64,000 nt of DNA from Octopus vulgaris (GCA_951406725.2 OX597825.1:50778001-50842000); one strand, 5' to 3'; shown: positions 38,061 to 51,242, counted from the stretch's first letter. Made by a program: numbers and translations. The notes: generated by a model not told the origin, from the letters alone.

Positions 38061-38826
38061 CAACGTTGATAATAATGTGCGCTAGCTCCTGCTGTTGATG
38101 ATGTTGATGTGGAGCAGGAGGAGAAACGAGAATGGGAAGGTTCGGCAATGAACATGTTCGTTACTCGGGTAGGTGCTGCCTATGATGCTTATGATAGTGA
38201 TGATTGTAAAGTTGCCGATGAAAACGATGTTTTATGCTACTACTGCTGCTGTTGCTGAGATTAATGATGGTAATGAGGATAAAGAAGATATAGTGATAAT
38301 GATGGAATTAATCCAATGAAATTATACGCACCAATTAATGTTGGGTATATATCTCCATAGTAAACGTGATGAATCCATTTAGAAAGCTGTACAACAACAA
38401 TGCAAATGCCGTCACAGAATATATTAAAATGTTGATACATTTATAGAGCAACAGGGCCCTTCTATAAATATTCATGACCCGTTCTTCATCAAATTACACA
38501 ACTTAACTGCCGGCCAATGACTAACTTCACATAGAATTTTATAGTTAGCTACCAAATTTTTCACAGAAAAATATTAGCTGTAACCCATCTTCTAATAATT
38601 GTTTTAGTACCCTTCACCACTCCTATACACTCATTTACATCAACCCCGACACCCTGTCCCATTTCCTCACCACGATTTCCCTTCTCCCCCACTTTCATTT
38701 TATTCTTTTAGAAATTTCTGAAAACTAATCGATATCTCATACCTAGTGTCACACACACGTAAATATATGGATATATGTATGTGTGTGCATGTATGTATGT
38801 ATGTATGCGTGCGAGCGTGTATGTAT

Positions 38827-38869
<43 letters not shown>

Positions 38870-39518
38870 ATGTGTGTGTGTATGTGTGTGTATGTGAGTA
38901 TGTATGTATGTATACGTGTATAAATATAAGTGTAGTGTAATATGTAAATATATATGTATGTGAGTGTGTATACATATATGTATAATATAATATACATACT
39001 TACTCCACCACCACATGCATATACATCATTAACAAAAAGGAATAAATCATTTAACAAACAAAAAAAAACGAAAAATGAAAAGATGAAGGAAGAGCGAAAT
39101 AAATACATATATAAATAAATAAATGAATAAATATTTAAATAAATAAATATATGAATAAACAAATAAATAAAAGAGTTGAATGAAAGAAAAGAAGAAATTG
39201 GTCATTGATTTAATGTGGTGAATCGAAAATAAAACTAAAATGTGAAATATTATTAAACGGAATCGTTAATAGAAGTGTTAACGTGAAGAGCTTAGAGAGT
39301 AGGGATTTAAGGAAAGAAAAAAAGAAAGTGATGTGGAAAAAACAAAAATACATAACATTTTGTGAAATTATAGCAAGACGTAAACAACTACAATTACTAC
39401 AACAGTAATATAACAATTACAACAATAAAAATAACTGCAACAATAACGGCAACAACAAAAGCGATGATAAAGTGTTCCCTTTTATTGCTGTCTCATGTCG
39501 TTTTCGAGAGTGAGGCTG

Positions 39519-39605
<87 letters not shown>

Positions 39606-39621
39606 CATACACATGTATATT

Positions 39622-39665
<44 letters not shown>

Positions 39666-39684
39666 CATACGCATATCTATATAA

Positions 39685-39715
<31 letters not shown>

Positions 39716-39716
39716 C

Positions 39717-39792
<76 letters not shown>

Positions 39793-39816
39793 AATATGTA
39801 TAAATATAAACATATA

Positions 39817-40694
39817 TGTGGTCTGATTAATAAGTATCCAGAGTGTTGCCATAGTAACGAAGATAAAGCACAACGTAAACCTGCTTGGCACAGATTGTCC
39901 TTGAATTCTGCTGTGTATACACACTAAGTTTAAATATTCTAGCTTACTTCCGCTATTGACAGCTTTGCTTGGAAGGAATGTGTGTAGCGTGCGATCGTCG
40001 CATTGAGCATAGCAGAGAATCTGCGTCAAAGTTTTGCCAAAAGGTTGGTGATAACTGTTCAAAGGCCTACGCAAAGGTTTCAACATTTTTCATCGTTCAC
40101 GACATAATCAAGATCTGCAACTGAAAGCCGAGTATCTTTTTGGTCAGCTGAAAGCAGTTTTGGCACAAAATTGCAGACACGTATCTCATGCCCAAATCTT
40201 CAGTGATAATAGACTGAACTGAACCATAACTAATCTGCACATCCTCTGACAACTCATGGATAATGATTCGGCGATTTCCCCTCAAAGCTGAACGCATATC
40301 TACGATATTTTTCTCACTTCTGCTGGTTGCGAGTCTCTGACAAGGTTTGTCAATATCAACATTTTTTGGCCATCTTGGAAACGTCTGAACCACTCGTAAA
40401 CTTGTGTGCGGCTCATACACTCCCCTCCATACACTTTCTGCAGCTTTGAATCGGCCTCTGAGCATGTATTGCCATGACACCTTACTCTGTCACAGTCAAT
40501 GCGACGATCGCAGGCTACTCACCTTGCTTCCTAGCACTGCTGTAAACAGGGGAAGTGGGCTAGAATGCTGAAACTTAGTGAGTATGCACAGCAGACAGCA
40601 GAGTGCAAGGTCGATCTTTGTAAATCGGCTTCATTCTGCATGGTTTAGCTTCGTTACTACGGCAACAGGCCTGATACTTATTGATTAGACATCG
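39817..40694. mobile_element. Mariner derivative composed of two inverted 5' ends
   Basis: About 200 bp of inverted similarity between the ends. Transposase N-terminus on + (QRICVKFCQK-like, ~40013-40085) and on - (KLQKVYGGECMSRTQVYEWF..RRIIIHELSEDVQISYGSVQSIITEDLGMRYVSA). Confidence 0.82.
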
Positions 40695-40701
40695 CACGTG
40701 C

Positions 40702-40761
<60 letters not shown>

Positions 40762-40789
40762 TTATTTATTTATTTATCTATTTATATAT

Positions 40790-41010
40790 TCTTTTATCTT
40801 TTACTTGTTTCAGTCATTAGACTGCACTCACGCTGAGGCACGGCCTTGAACTTTTAGTCGAATGAATCGACCCCAGGATTTTTTTAAAGCTTGATACTTA
40901 TTCGATCGGGTTTTTTGCCGGACCGCTAAGTTAAGAGGATGCAACATACGTGTTGCATCCCCTTTGTTGTTAAGCGGTTGAAGGGGACAAACTCAGACAG
41001 AAAGTCACAC
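40790..41010 (-). mobile_element. SINE family A, 3' module only
   Basis: TCTTTTATCTTTTACTTGTTTCAGTCATTAGACTGC...ATCGACCCCAGGA...CCGCTAAGTT. Confidence 0.85.
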
Positions 41011-41292
41011 ACACACACACGCGCACACACATTCTCACACACATACTACATATATAACGAACTGAGAATAGTTCCTTATGTCATGTAGGCAGAGTTTGAT
41101 TATTTTGCTAGGACACCAGATGTGTTAATAACACTGTTTAGCATGCTCTCTGTACATGAAACTAATACTAGCACATAAAAGAACATATATTGTGTTTATT
41201 AAATAATATTTATGTCTCTCTGTAAATGGAGTACTTGTTTTTTCTTGGTCTTACCATCCGGAACAGTACGCTATATATATATATGCTATATA

Positions 41293-42194
41293 CGAGGAGC
41301 TACTCAAAGTAACCGGAAACTTTCTCTGTGGAGCAAGCCAATTGTAGTTCAGGTTTCTGCCGCTAGAAGCCACTTGATGTGACCCTCATACATCAGTCTG
41401 CCGACCAGCATCGTTGGATGAAGTCGTACTGACACATGGTGCGTCTTTGTTTTGCAGTGCCTCTCCCCTCTTCGTTGATTTTTGTGATGACTGAAATGAA
41501 GGAACAGCGCGCTGCCATGAATTTCTATATTTTGCTGGGGGGGGACGGGACGGCATCCGAAACACTTGTCATGCTTCAAATAGCTTACAAGGATGCTCCC
41601 ATGAGGAAAACACAAGTTTATGAGAGGTGTTCACACTTTAGGAATGGTCACTTGTCACTTGAAGACCAAACTCGTTCAGTTTCACCGTCGACCTCCCGAA
41701 CGAATGAAAACATCATGAAAATTCATGAACTGATCTGTCGCCGAACAATTGACGAATTTGTTGATATGACTGGTGTATCCAGTTACTCCAGCGAACTAAT
41801 TTGAGCGGGGAATTGCGAATGAAACGTGTTGCAGCCAAATTTGTGACTCGCTTGCTTACGGATGATCAAAAGTAGTCACGACTGAATGCGTGTCGTAAAC
41901 TGAAAGAGCAGTTGGAATTTGATCAGGACCGTTTCTGAAAGTCATCACTGGTGGTGAGAGCTGCTGCTACGGAATTTGCAGATGTGGAAGAGGTGAAGAA
42001 AAAAACTACGAAGGTGTTAATAGGCATCATTTTGCAAGACTTCTAGTACTACTTCGAACAGTGGAAAACATGTCTGGACCGATGCATTGCTTTAAACTGA
42101 AAATACGTTGAAGGCGATAAAAGTGTAAACATGTAAAAAAAAAAGTGAAACAAATAATATTGCAAAATTCCGGTTTCTTTTGGGTGCTCCCTCG
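41293..42194 (+). mobile_element. Internally deleted mariner transposon with both TIRs
   Basis: TA-CGAGGAGCTACTCAAAGTAACCGGAA ... TTCCGGTTTCTTTTGGGTGCTCCCTCG. Translations MKEQRAAMNF..TASETLVMLQIAY..KTQVYE, MKRVAAKFVTRLLTDDQK, KVITGGESCCY, then FADVEEVKKKT..WKTCLDRCI..YVEGD. Most of the catalytic core is deleted. Confidence 0.9.
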
Positions 42195-42938
42195 CATGTA
42201 TATATATCCCTTAATTTACTGCTTTTGTATACACATACTGAGAAGAAAACTTGCGTAACAGACGTTGCTTTAACGAGATACATAGACAGATGTTATTAAA
42301 CAGTAGGAAAATAAAGGCTTGTGTTAACATATATGTGTGATACATTAACCAGTTCCACTTAAGGGCATCATAATTGCAGAACCTTGTCATTGGAAGGAAG
42401 CTATGCAAAGGTAAATCTAATCATCCATTCTTAACGCATGTGTATTGTTGAAAAGTCAAGTGCAGCAATTCAATTTTCGTCCGAGTATGTGACATTAACA
42501 AGCCGCAATAACGGCAAAATGCTCATTTGTCGCTCACGCAGTCACTTTCGAGGCAAATTCGACTCACCTAATCCTGTGCCATATTATGACTTTTAACACA
42601 TTACGTCTATAAAGGAACTTTTCCAGTTGAAAACTGCAACTTCTGGAGTTTCAACAATACACATACGTTAAGTATATTATACACATGTATATCTTTCCGT
42701 GTATGTTACTCACCTGCTATATTTTAGAAAATTGTTTCACTCTCATATCTAACATTTTCTCACACTCCCTTTTCTCTTTCATCACTGCACCTATGTCGGA
42801 TTTTACACCCTCAACTCCACACACACGCGCGCGCAGGCACGTACACACATTTACATACATGCATACGCACTTATATGCATATTTAATTTACTATATGCTT
42901 AAAGAAAGATATGTCCAATTTCTTTATATATTTGAAAA

Positions 42939-43300
42939 CACTGAAAGTGGGAGCATACCTTTTCGGCTTCCCATCGCTTCTGAAGATCTACTCGAAACTA
43001 ACAGTGCCAGCAAATTCAAATATGCAAGCGAAGAATTTCTGCTCTCCCCTTTCCACCAGCGTGGGTTAAAATCAGTAAACACTATGCTTTTTTTCGGTAA
43101 AATCCGAGGCATTAAATAGAGAGATGAATTATAATTTCAACAATTGAGGGTAAAATTAATAAATTAATCAATTTCACCAAGTATTCAGAAGATTAGTCAA
43201 ACTCGACACTTCTATCATCAGCTCAGAACTCCCTGGTTTGGATTTGAGTAGATCTTCAGAAGCGATGGGAAGCCGAAAGGGTATGCTCCCACTTTCAGTG
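42939..43300. repeat. 55-bp inverted repeat pair (42939-42993 / 43246-43300) around a 252-bp spacer; probable Penelope-type terminal rearrangement
   Basis: CACTGAAAGTGGGAGCATACCTTTTCGGCTTCCCATCGCTTCTGAAGATCTACTC and its reverse complement, one mismatch. Confidence 0.9.
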
Positions 43301-44299
43301 AGAGAGATTTTCTTTAAGTATTGGAAATAGTTTTAAAAAAAGTTTTTTTTTTAATTTATTTTACTAAGCCCTTTTATATAATGTAATAATTTATATATAT
43401 ATATATATATATAAATATATATGCAGCAGTAGATATAAACTTGAAGTAAACAATGAACTAATTGGGTACCTTTAATTATGTATCATACCAGATTGTGTTC
43501 CAGAATGATCTTGCCCGTGAATTAAAGAAAGAGCCAGTTAAGTAATACAGAAATGCAGAAAGAGAATGAAAAAAAGAATGAGAGAGAAACGGAAAGAAGA
43601 AGAGCGTACGGAAGAGAGACAGAGAGGGAAATTAAAGAAGAGAAGGGTGATAGAGAAGTAGAGAGAGAGAGAGGGGGTAGGGAGAGAAGTAGAGAAGGTA
43701 ATTTATTTTGATTGACAATTTGATCAAAATTTTATATCTAATTTCCATTTTCCGTTTTCAACTGGAATTTTTTCTTTTGAAATTTAGATGTAAGAAATAT
43801 TTTAGAGGAAGAAAAGAATAAGATTAATGGTATTAGTGATATGAAAGTGTACCAACTAACAATCCTATTTTGCTTGGCGTTTTGATTCTATAAGAGCCAA
43901 CCTGTTGCTGTATCAAGGTTATATGTAAAGCATTTAGCAGATTATTTCATTGAAATTTGTTGATTTGTTAAATAAACACGGGAATAGTTTCTTCTTTTTT
44001 ATTCTTAGTAATAAAGGGAGATAATGTCAATCACTTTTCCCTGGCATTTCGTCATAATTGAATAGGGAAGAGTCTACTCTAAGCTTTTAAAAAAGCTGCA
44101 CAAACACATCCATTTTGTTATATCTCATGATGCGACACCATACGACGGTCTGTTAGAATTACAGAAGATAATCCCATATATCATATTTTAGGTGGAAAAA
44201 CCCGTTTCGTAAACGTTCAAAAGCATGTTTCTAACATATATATATGAAAGCATTCATAATCCTGAATTTGAAAGTCTGATAGACATGAATTGTTGCCGT

Positions 44300-44560
44300 A
44301 ATAGATTTATTGATGGATTGAAGACGGTATTTTTCAGTTCTACAGTCTTCCATGATTAATGTGAAGCCATTGAACGCTTCGAGTTGATCAAAGTCATCGA
44401 TTCCAATTTGATTGATATCGTATGCTAGTTTGGTACTAGCTGTCACTTTTAAAATCTCATTAATCAAACCGATAGGAAATAATAGCAATATATTATCTTG
44501 GTACGATTGTATCGATTTAATCCATATCGATTGATTTAGTGCTGCTGTATCGATTTGGAA
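44300..44560. promoter_or_regulatory. Candidate enhancer: cluster of ATCGAT/ATTGAT (CUT-class) and TGATNNAT (Pbx-Hox-like) motifs
   Basis: ATCGAT at 44396, 44511, 44526 and 44549; TGATGGAT at 44311; TGATTGAT at 44409. Lies in sequence with no recognisable repeat. Confidence 0.3.
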
Positions 44561-46144
44561 CAAACGAAGAGGAAGTAGTTGCGGTAGATATACCTCAAAG
44601 AAAGAAAATTGTTATTGAAACATTCTAACAGACTAATGGTAAGTGTGGCAGAATTGAAAACATGTTTTCAGCAAAACAAATCTTGTTTACATTCCCATTT
44701 TTCAGGTTTCACTACACTGGAAACGTTTTCCGTTTTGAAAAAATAAATAAATAAATAAATGGTCGAAGGTACATTCGTTCATTTATTACCGACAGGGATG
44801 ATCATTCACTGGACAAAGATTCAGAGCATGAAAGATCAATGAATTTATCTGATTATCACACACAATAATGTTGTTGTCATTTATATTTAACTAATACAAT
44901 TTAAATGGCAGTGGGGGAGAATACGTTGCTTTTGAAATATTAATCGGTTTAAATATATAAATATATATGTTTCATTGTGCATTTCTGGAGAAGTACATTC
45001 AAATCAGCTAATCGGTTGAGATAAATGAAACATTAGAACAAAGTCTGTTAGCCTTTTTGTCGAACTATAGTCACCTATAGGACAATTCCATCTCAAAGAA
45101 CCTATTTATGTCCAGCCATATAATTTCGGTTTCTTCTTGGATCTGTTTCATTACTTTGTAGCCTTCCTACTTTATCCCAAGCATAAAGCATTCATAAGTT
45201 TGTTCAGCAGCTCATTGCTTGCATGTAAGGTCTTTTCTGATTATTCATGCTAGCAAATCTACCCACCTACGGTGGAGGCATAAAATGAGGGAGGGAAGTC
45301 ATGACAGCAGTATGTATTGAGAAATGTGTAAATGGGCTTGATAGATTACTGGGTGATGCCTTAGAGAAATCACATTATCGCCGGTGATACAGCATTCTAC
45401 AGCAGCTATATGACATATGTTTGCAACTAAGTGACATGTGATGATGATTAACTCTCAAACTGAAATAGGCTCCCAGCCTCTGTATCATGAATGGTTATGT
45501 GGACCGCTCCTAACGAAAGGCAGAGCTTCCTTCGACCACTACATAAAATTTATCAAAAAAAAATGTTATTTAGATATACTTTTATTTTGGTTGTTTACTC
45601 TATTTTACACTCTTATACATTCAAAGTTCCCAGACTTCCTTATTTAAATTATGAATCATATTCCTTTCAATAATATCAATATGATTACAAAAATTCTTTG
45701 TACACGATATTTTTGTTTGGTCGACACTAATTTTCAAATTACAGGAGTCCGTTGCTCTACTCATAGCGACGTATAACTGACTGTGTGTAAACATCGGAGT
45801 GGGTAAAAATGTACCTACACGATCTAAAGTCTGGCCTTGTGATTTGTTTGCCGTGAATGCGCGAGCGGCATCTTTAGAGTTACAAAAAAAAAATCAAACT
45901 AAGACTTATCTCTCACTGTTCAATGCAAATAATGTCTGGATGTTCTATTACCATGGGTTATTTTGATGGACAAAACTGAGATGTAAACAACAGTCGCTTC
46001 AATTAGCCGTTTCGAATCCTGTTCGAGACTGACACATTTCGATAACTACTAAATAATCACATACGCTATATACTGACACATACATTTTTCATTTTATTTT
46101 CGCTATTAACCTCCTCGTGATCTCTTCCCTATCTACGCTGGGGC

Positions 46145-46712
46145 CACGAACTATACGATGAAAATCCGGAATTACTCGTGGTTAGCGAGTTTTTAATAAA
46201 AATAGGGAGGTGGTTTATCGATTAAAAATCAATATCTACGAAATAATCATACTTCCTGATTTTTATACTAAAAACCTTCCTGACGACCGTCTTTGTAATA
46301 CCGAAAAACATCGTAACCATTGGTCCAGCCGTCTGGTCGTGAAGAGGGAACAGACAGAGATGGAGAGACACACTTAACGCCCATTTATAGTAAGATAGCA
46401 AATCTGCCCATCTACGATGGGAAATGAAGAGATAGTATCGCAAGTATAAACCCTCTAATTTCACGAACTATACTGGGTGGAAATCTGGAGTCAATCCTCG
46501 TCGCCGGAATTTTAACAATAAAATAACAAAGGTGATTTATTAATACAAAATTCAATATCCACTAAATAATCATAATTTTTCACATTTTTTTCGCTAAAAA
46601 ACTTCCTGATTACCCCCTTCGTAATCCCCCAAAATATCGCGACCATTGGTCCAGCCGTTTGACTGTGAAGAGAGAGCAGACAGACGGACATAACGTCCAT
46701 TATAATAAAAAG
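46145..46712 (+). mobile_element. Two tandem diverged ~250-bp units resembling Helitron/Helentron-associated (HINE/DINE-like) element ends
   Basis: Both units share CACGAACTATAC, CAATATC.AC.AAATAATCATA, CTAAAAAC.TTCCTGA, CCATTGGTCCAGCCGT.TG..GTGAAGAG..CAGACAGA, TAACG.CCATT. Confidence 0.5.
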
Positions 46713-46849
46713 TTTGCATCATTAAAAATATTTGGGATAAGGTATTGGCAGTACATCTGTATTTTAGTCCTAAAATGTAAGCCTTAAAAGCGTTTTGCTT
46801 TTAAAATGGAACTTACCTACTTGAATATCGGGCAATTTATCATCTACTA

Positions 46850-47640
46850 TTTCTGTTTTAAGTTGGTCGTGTTGTTAGAAATTGGATAATGTAGATCAAA
46901 GTGTCAACTATTTGAAGCGACGCCTCTTCAGCAGCTCGTAGATTCTTGCGCGTTAGATATGTTTCAGCTTTCTTTTTTTAAAGTTCATTATTAGTCATGC
47001 TATTTAATGTTCTGCATTGACTTGTTCTGATATAGTTTAAGGTTCGGTCGAGCCTTTTGGTCTCAGTAATATGTCGTCTTCGAATCGCGACTATGTGAGA
47101 AAATCACGGCCCATTTTAGTTCCTATTACGTCTTTCTCTCACTACTTCTAAGCAGACTGTACGCACCTTAGAGGAAATAAAATATTCCGTTTTTCCTCCG
47201 GTTGGTGTGGAAATTAACTCGAATTTTTGTATAATCTAGTGAGAGATGTAGAACAGAGATACAAGAGTTTTAAGATAGGGGCATATACTAGATTTATATC
47301 TTGGTATATACTAGATGTCATCACTGTTGGTACTTTTACATAGTCGAAAGCATTTTGGTAAGCTTGTTTATATGGTCGGTTTTTATTCAGTTACATGGAA
47401 ATATTTGCTTTATGTAGATTGTGAATACTTTCTATATGACACTTGGAAATCTTAGGTCTGTTTTATTTCCGTGTCTGACTTCTTGGATTATTGTATTAAG
47501 TCCAATTTTACGAATGTTGCTGTTTAAAGGAAGCAGAGTCTAGTTTAGCAAGTTACAGTCATATAACTTCTGCATTTTTTAACACATCGAATGTTATGTA
47601 GTTTTGTCATGGTGCGTTCCACGTCTTCACTTGCTTTGAC
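46850..47640 (-). mobile_element. Highly decayed LINE RT remnant (RTE-like)
   Basis: Minus strand: YQNAFDYV (~47350), FISSKVRTVCLE (ISPKLFTxCLE-like, ~47165), SRFEDDILL (FADD-like, ~47080), in the expected order. Confidence 0.55.
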
Positions 47641-47796
47641 TAAGTGTCCCACTTGATGTAATTTCTAGAAACTGGAAATGATACGCCATTCAATCATCAT
47701 TTAGTTCAGTACAAATCAAAAGTATTAACACTACTGGTAAGTCCCTTCAAATGCTCTGGTCTTTACTCAGATGTCGTTATTATAGACTAGATTTAA

Positions 47797-47995
47797 GGTG
47801 GCGAGCTGGCAGAATTTTTATCGCACTGGGCAAAATGTTTAGCAGCTTTTCGTTTGTCTTTACGTTCTGAGTTCTGATTCCGCCGAGGTCGACTTTACCT
47901 CTTTCTCCTTTCGGGAGCGATAAAATAAGTTGAATTAAATGACTTACCCCTTCTGCCAGACTTGATGGCATTGTGGTAAAATGTGAAATCATTAT
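47797..47995 (+). mobile_element. SINE family B, near full length
   Basis: GGTGGCGAGCTGGCAGAA head, GAGTTCTGATTCCGCCGAGGTCGACTTT..CCTTTCGGGAGCGATAAAATAAG. Confidence 0.85.
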
Positions 47996-50232
47996 TACAG
48001 GTTAAATATACTTTAAAAGAAAATTGTCTTCCCTTAAAGTTTTTTGGGTAGACGCATCCATAAAAGGATTTTCATCCACTGTCGTTTTTTATAAATTGAA
48101 AAGTAGAAGTAGATACATCGATTTCTTACATGAGAAAATTTCAGAGTAAAGCGATTACTTTATATGATATAGTGCAAACGAAAAAAATGTCCTTTAGCTT
48201 CATTTGACAGCGAAACTCTTGGAGATTAATTAATTTGTATATCACACAGCTATCGACAGGGTATGCTTTCTGCCCAGGTTTACTTTTATAGAAAACGCTG
48301 TGTAAATGAAGGAATTTTTAGTAGAATATGTTGAAGTAAAACGTTAAAGAAAAAATGTACTGTAGTTTTATTGAAAAATAGTTTGGGATTTAGAAAACAA
48401 ACAAAAAAAAAGAATGATGATGATCATAAAAATAAAGGTAACAACATATGTGTCGCTGGAGGCGGAGGGGAAAATATTTCACGAATCAATACAGAGAAAG
48501 TTTTCGATTACCCGCAGGCTTATTGAATGCGTTAAATAGAAATCAAGAAAAAAAAAGCCATATATAAAGAAATGGTCATCGTATAAGAGAATTTCAATGT
48601 GAAATTGTCTTGCCGTATGTATTTGAAGCGGAGTGGAAGAGAAATACAAGGAAAAATCTATTTTTGAAATAAGATAATAAAACAAAATTAAAATAAATAG
48701 CAAGCAGGCATTTGAAATGAGAGAGAAAGTAGGCAGTTAAAATGAAACGAATAAAGAAATGAAATACTGTAGGCCAACCGAGAAAAATTTTATAATATTA
48801 CACAGTTTTATTTGCTGCTGCAGCTGGAGGGTTAGTGATGGCTGGTACTGTGAGGTTGACTATTTTGCGTTGAAGTCGAGGCTGTAGGAAAATGAAAGTA
48901 AATATATAACGAGTCTTTTTTTTTCTCAATTAGGTGAAAAACAACATGATATCAAATTTAGAAATAAAATATTAATAATTACTAATATAATTTTATACAG
49001 TTTTGTTATTATTGCTTAGGGCAGACGTAGTAAATTGCAGGTGACGTTATGCATGTATATATGTATGTGTCTATGTATTATATATATATACACACCTGAA
49101 ATTGAGTATTATTTTTTCAGTTTATATACATAAATATATATTCAAGTATGTTTGCATGTGTGTGTGTATATGCAGAAGAGGTCTTTATATATAATCAATT
49201 ATACATGTATTCATAGCTTTCAGGAGATTATGTAATGGAATATTCTGTAACTGCTTTCATAGCTCGCCAAACGCTTCCTATTAAATGGTATTTATTCATA
49301 TAAAGGTTTCATGATTCGAGTATTTAACCGTAATGGCTTCCGTTGTTGAAGTCTCCGGCAGAACTGTTTCTGCTGCACTGCCTTACAGAAATAATTGAAG
49401 CAGAAAAGGAAAACCGAGCAATGAACGAGAAATTTGGGGCCTGATATCTGCGGTGAATCCTAAATTTTCAGAGAAATGAGTTTGTGACGTAAAGTGTTCT
49501 TTTGTAATAAAATCACTCAAGGAATATTGAGTAGAGTTTAAAATGATTGAAGATAAGAAGCCACGTGATGTAATTTAGATTTTCAGAGCGTATCAAAGCA
49601 TAGAATATTTGCAATTTCTAGAAGCATTTGTGGTATGCATAAATTTTTATCGAACGAAAAGCAGAAGTGACTTTGGCGAGATTTGAAATTGAATATAAGA
49701 GAGCTAGAACATATACTATAATGCATTTACGCCGATACTCCGACGATTATGCAAATTCACTACGCTAGAAAAGAAGTATAATTAACTAGTGCGTAAAATT
49801 AACCAGTAAAAATATTTCTATGTATTGTTAGTGTAAATATTGCTGCATGCAGAAACTACTGAGTATAAAACATTTATGTAACACTGTTCTGTACAATTAT
49901 TGAGTGCAATCACGGAGTGCAGTTAATGTACAATTTTGGCTATACGTTATATCTGTAAATAATTACCGTGTACAATTCCTTAGTTATAATTCTGTCTGCA
50001 ATAATATTGTATACAATTTTCTGCGTCTAATTTCTGTGTGCGATTACAGCGTACACAATTACCTAACAGCACTACTAAGTGCAGTTTCTGGCTGAACCAT
50101 GCCATTCTTATTGCTGTATACAAATAACATCTATAGTTACCGCACATAGTTCCTACTTACAATTAATGTGTACAATTACAATGTAAAATTAACGTTATGT
50201 AAAATAACTGCATACATTAAGAGGTATATATA

Positions 50233-50646
50233 GGTACAGGCGTGGCTGGGTGATAAGAAGTTTGCTTCCCAGTCACATGATTCTGGGTTCAGTCCCACTA
50301 TGTGGCACTTTAGGCAAGTGTCTTCTTACCATAACCTCGAGCCGAGCAAAGCCTTGTGAGTGGATTTGGTAGACGGAAACTGAAAGAAATCCATTGTATA
50401 TATATGTTTTTATCTATGCGAGTGTGTATTTGCGTCAGTTGTTGTTCCCCACCACCGCTTGACAACCAGTGTTGGTGTGTTTACATCCCCGTAACTTAGC
50501 AATTCAGCAAAAAAACCTACAAAATAAATAACAGGCTTAAAAAGATAGTTACTGTGGTTGGTTTGTTCGATCAAAAACCATTCAAGCGGTGCCCCAGCAT
50601 AGCCGCAGGGAATAGATAAAACAAGTAAAAGATAAAAGATAAAAGA
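50233..50646 (+). mobile_element. SINE family A, full length
   Basis: GGTACAGGCGTGGCTGGGTGATAAG..GGTTCAGTCCCACT..GGCAAGTGTCTT..GGATTTGGTAGACGGAAACTGAAAG..CCCCGTAACTTAGC..AAACAAGTAAAAGATAAAAG. Confidence 0.9.
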
Positions 50647-51029
50647 CATTAAGGTGTGAATGTAGTATTCCGTGAAATTGTTTCTAAAATGATCGAGTAG
50701 AATTATAACGACGGTTCCTGAGCACAAATATAGTCAATAGAATTATGATGCACCAATGTTGTGCAGACTAAAAATATTGCTAACGCTTATAAATGTCGAC
50801 ATTTATTTAAATATGGTATATAACTGATAATTCTAACGTGAATCACGTCTGAAGGAGCATATAGTAATCTGTGGACTAACTTTGTGAAATAATTGTGAGT
50901 ACAAAATGTGTGTAAAATTATTGTGTAAATTACTTGCAGAATCCATACCTAATGTGACCTATAGCTGCAGTGTAACATATCTACTGGGTACCATAAAGAA
51001 TATTGTACATTTACAGTTCTGTATCATTA

Positions 51030-51242
51030 GGAGGGGGGTGATGAAAAGTACTTGGCTTTAAGTGAATAGCAAAATGCCTGGTTGGAGGCCCAACCTTCCG
51101 AATTCTATTACAGAGCTTAGAAAAACTGAAGGACCGCTGCAATAGGTGTGTGAATCTGAGAGGAGAATAAGTTGGATAAAATCATATCTAACTGATCCTC
51201 CTGTATTTTTACCCCAAACCAGGAATTTTCCAAAACCTTCTA
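51030..51242 (+). mobile_element. Mariner-derived MITE
   Basis: TIR-like GGAGGGGGGTGATGAAAAGTACTTGGCTT ... AAACCAGGAATTTTCCAAAACCTTC. Retains the transposase C-terminal remnant KDRCNRCVNLRGE*V. Confidence 0.7.

Noticed and set aside
37519-38148. 209-aa Thr/Ser-rich mucin-like ORF on minus
   Set aside because: All three minus frames are open across a (GTA)n/GA-rich tract. No splice or domain evidence; explained by low complexity.
44318-44353. Small hairpin with a miR-7-like 5' sequence (TGGAAGACT on minus)
   Set aside because: Only the first nine bases match miR-7, and the stem is too short for a pre-miRNA.
44231-44563. 110-aa non-repetitive ORF on minus
   Set aside because: Starts at a non-ATG codon, has no recognisable family motif and no clear exon boundaries. 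Not excluded without BLAST/RNA-seq, but unsupported.
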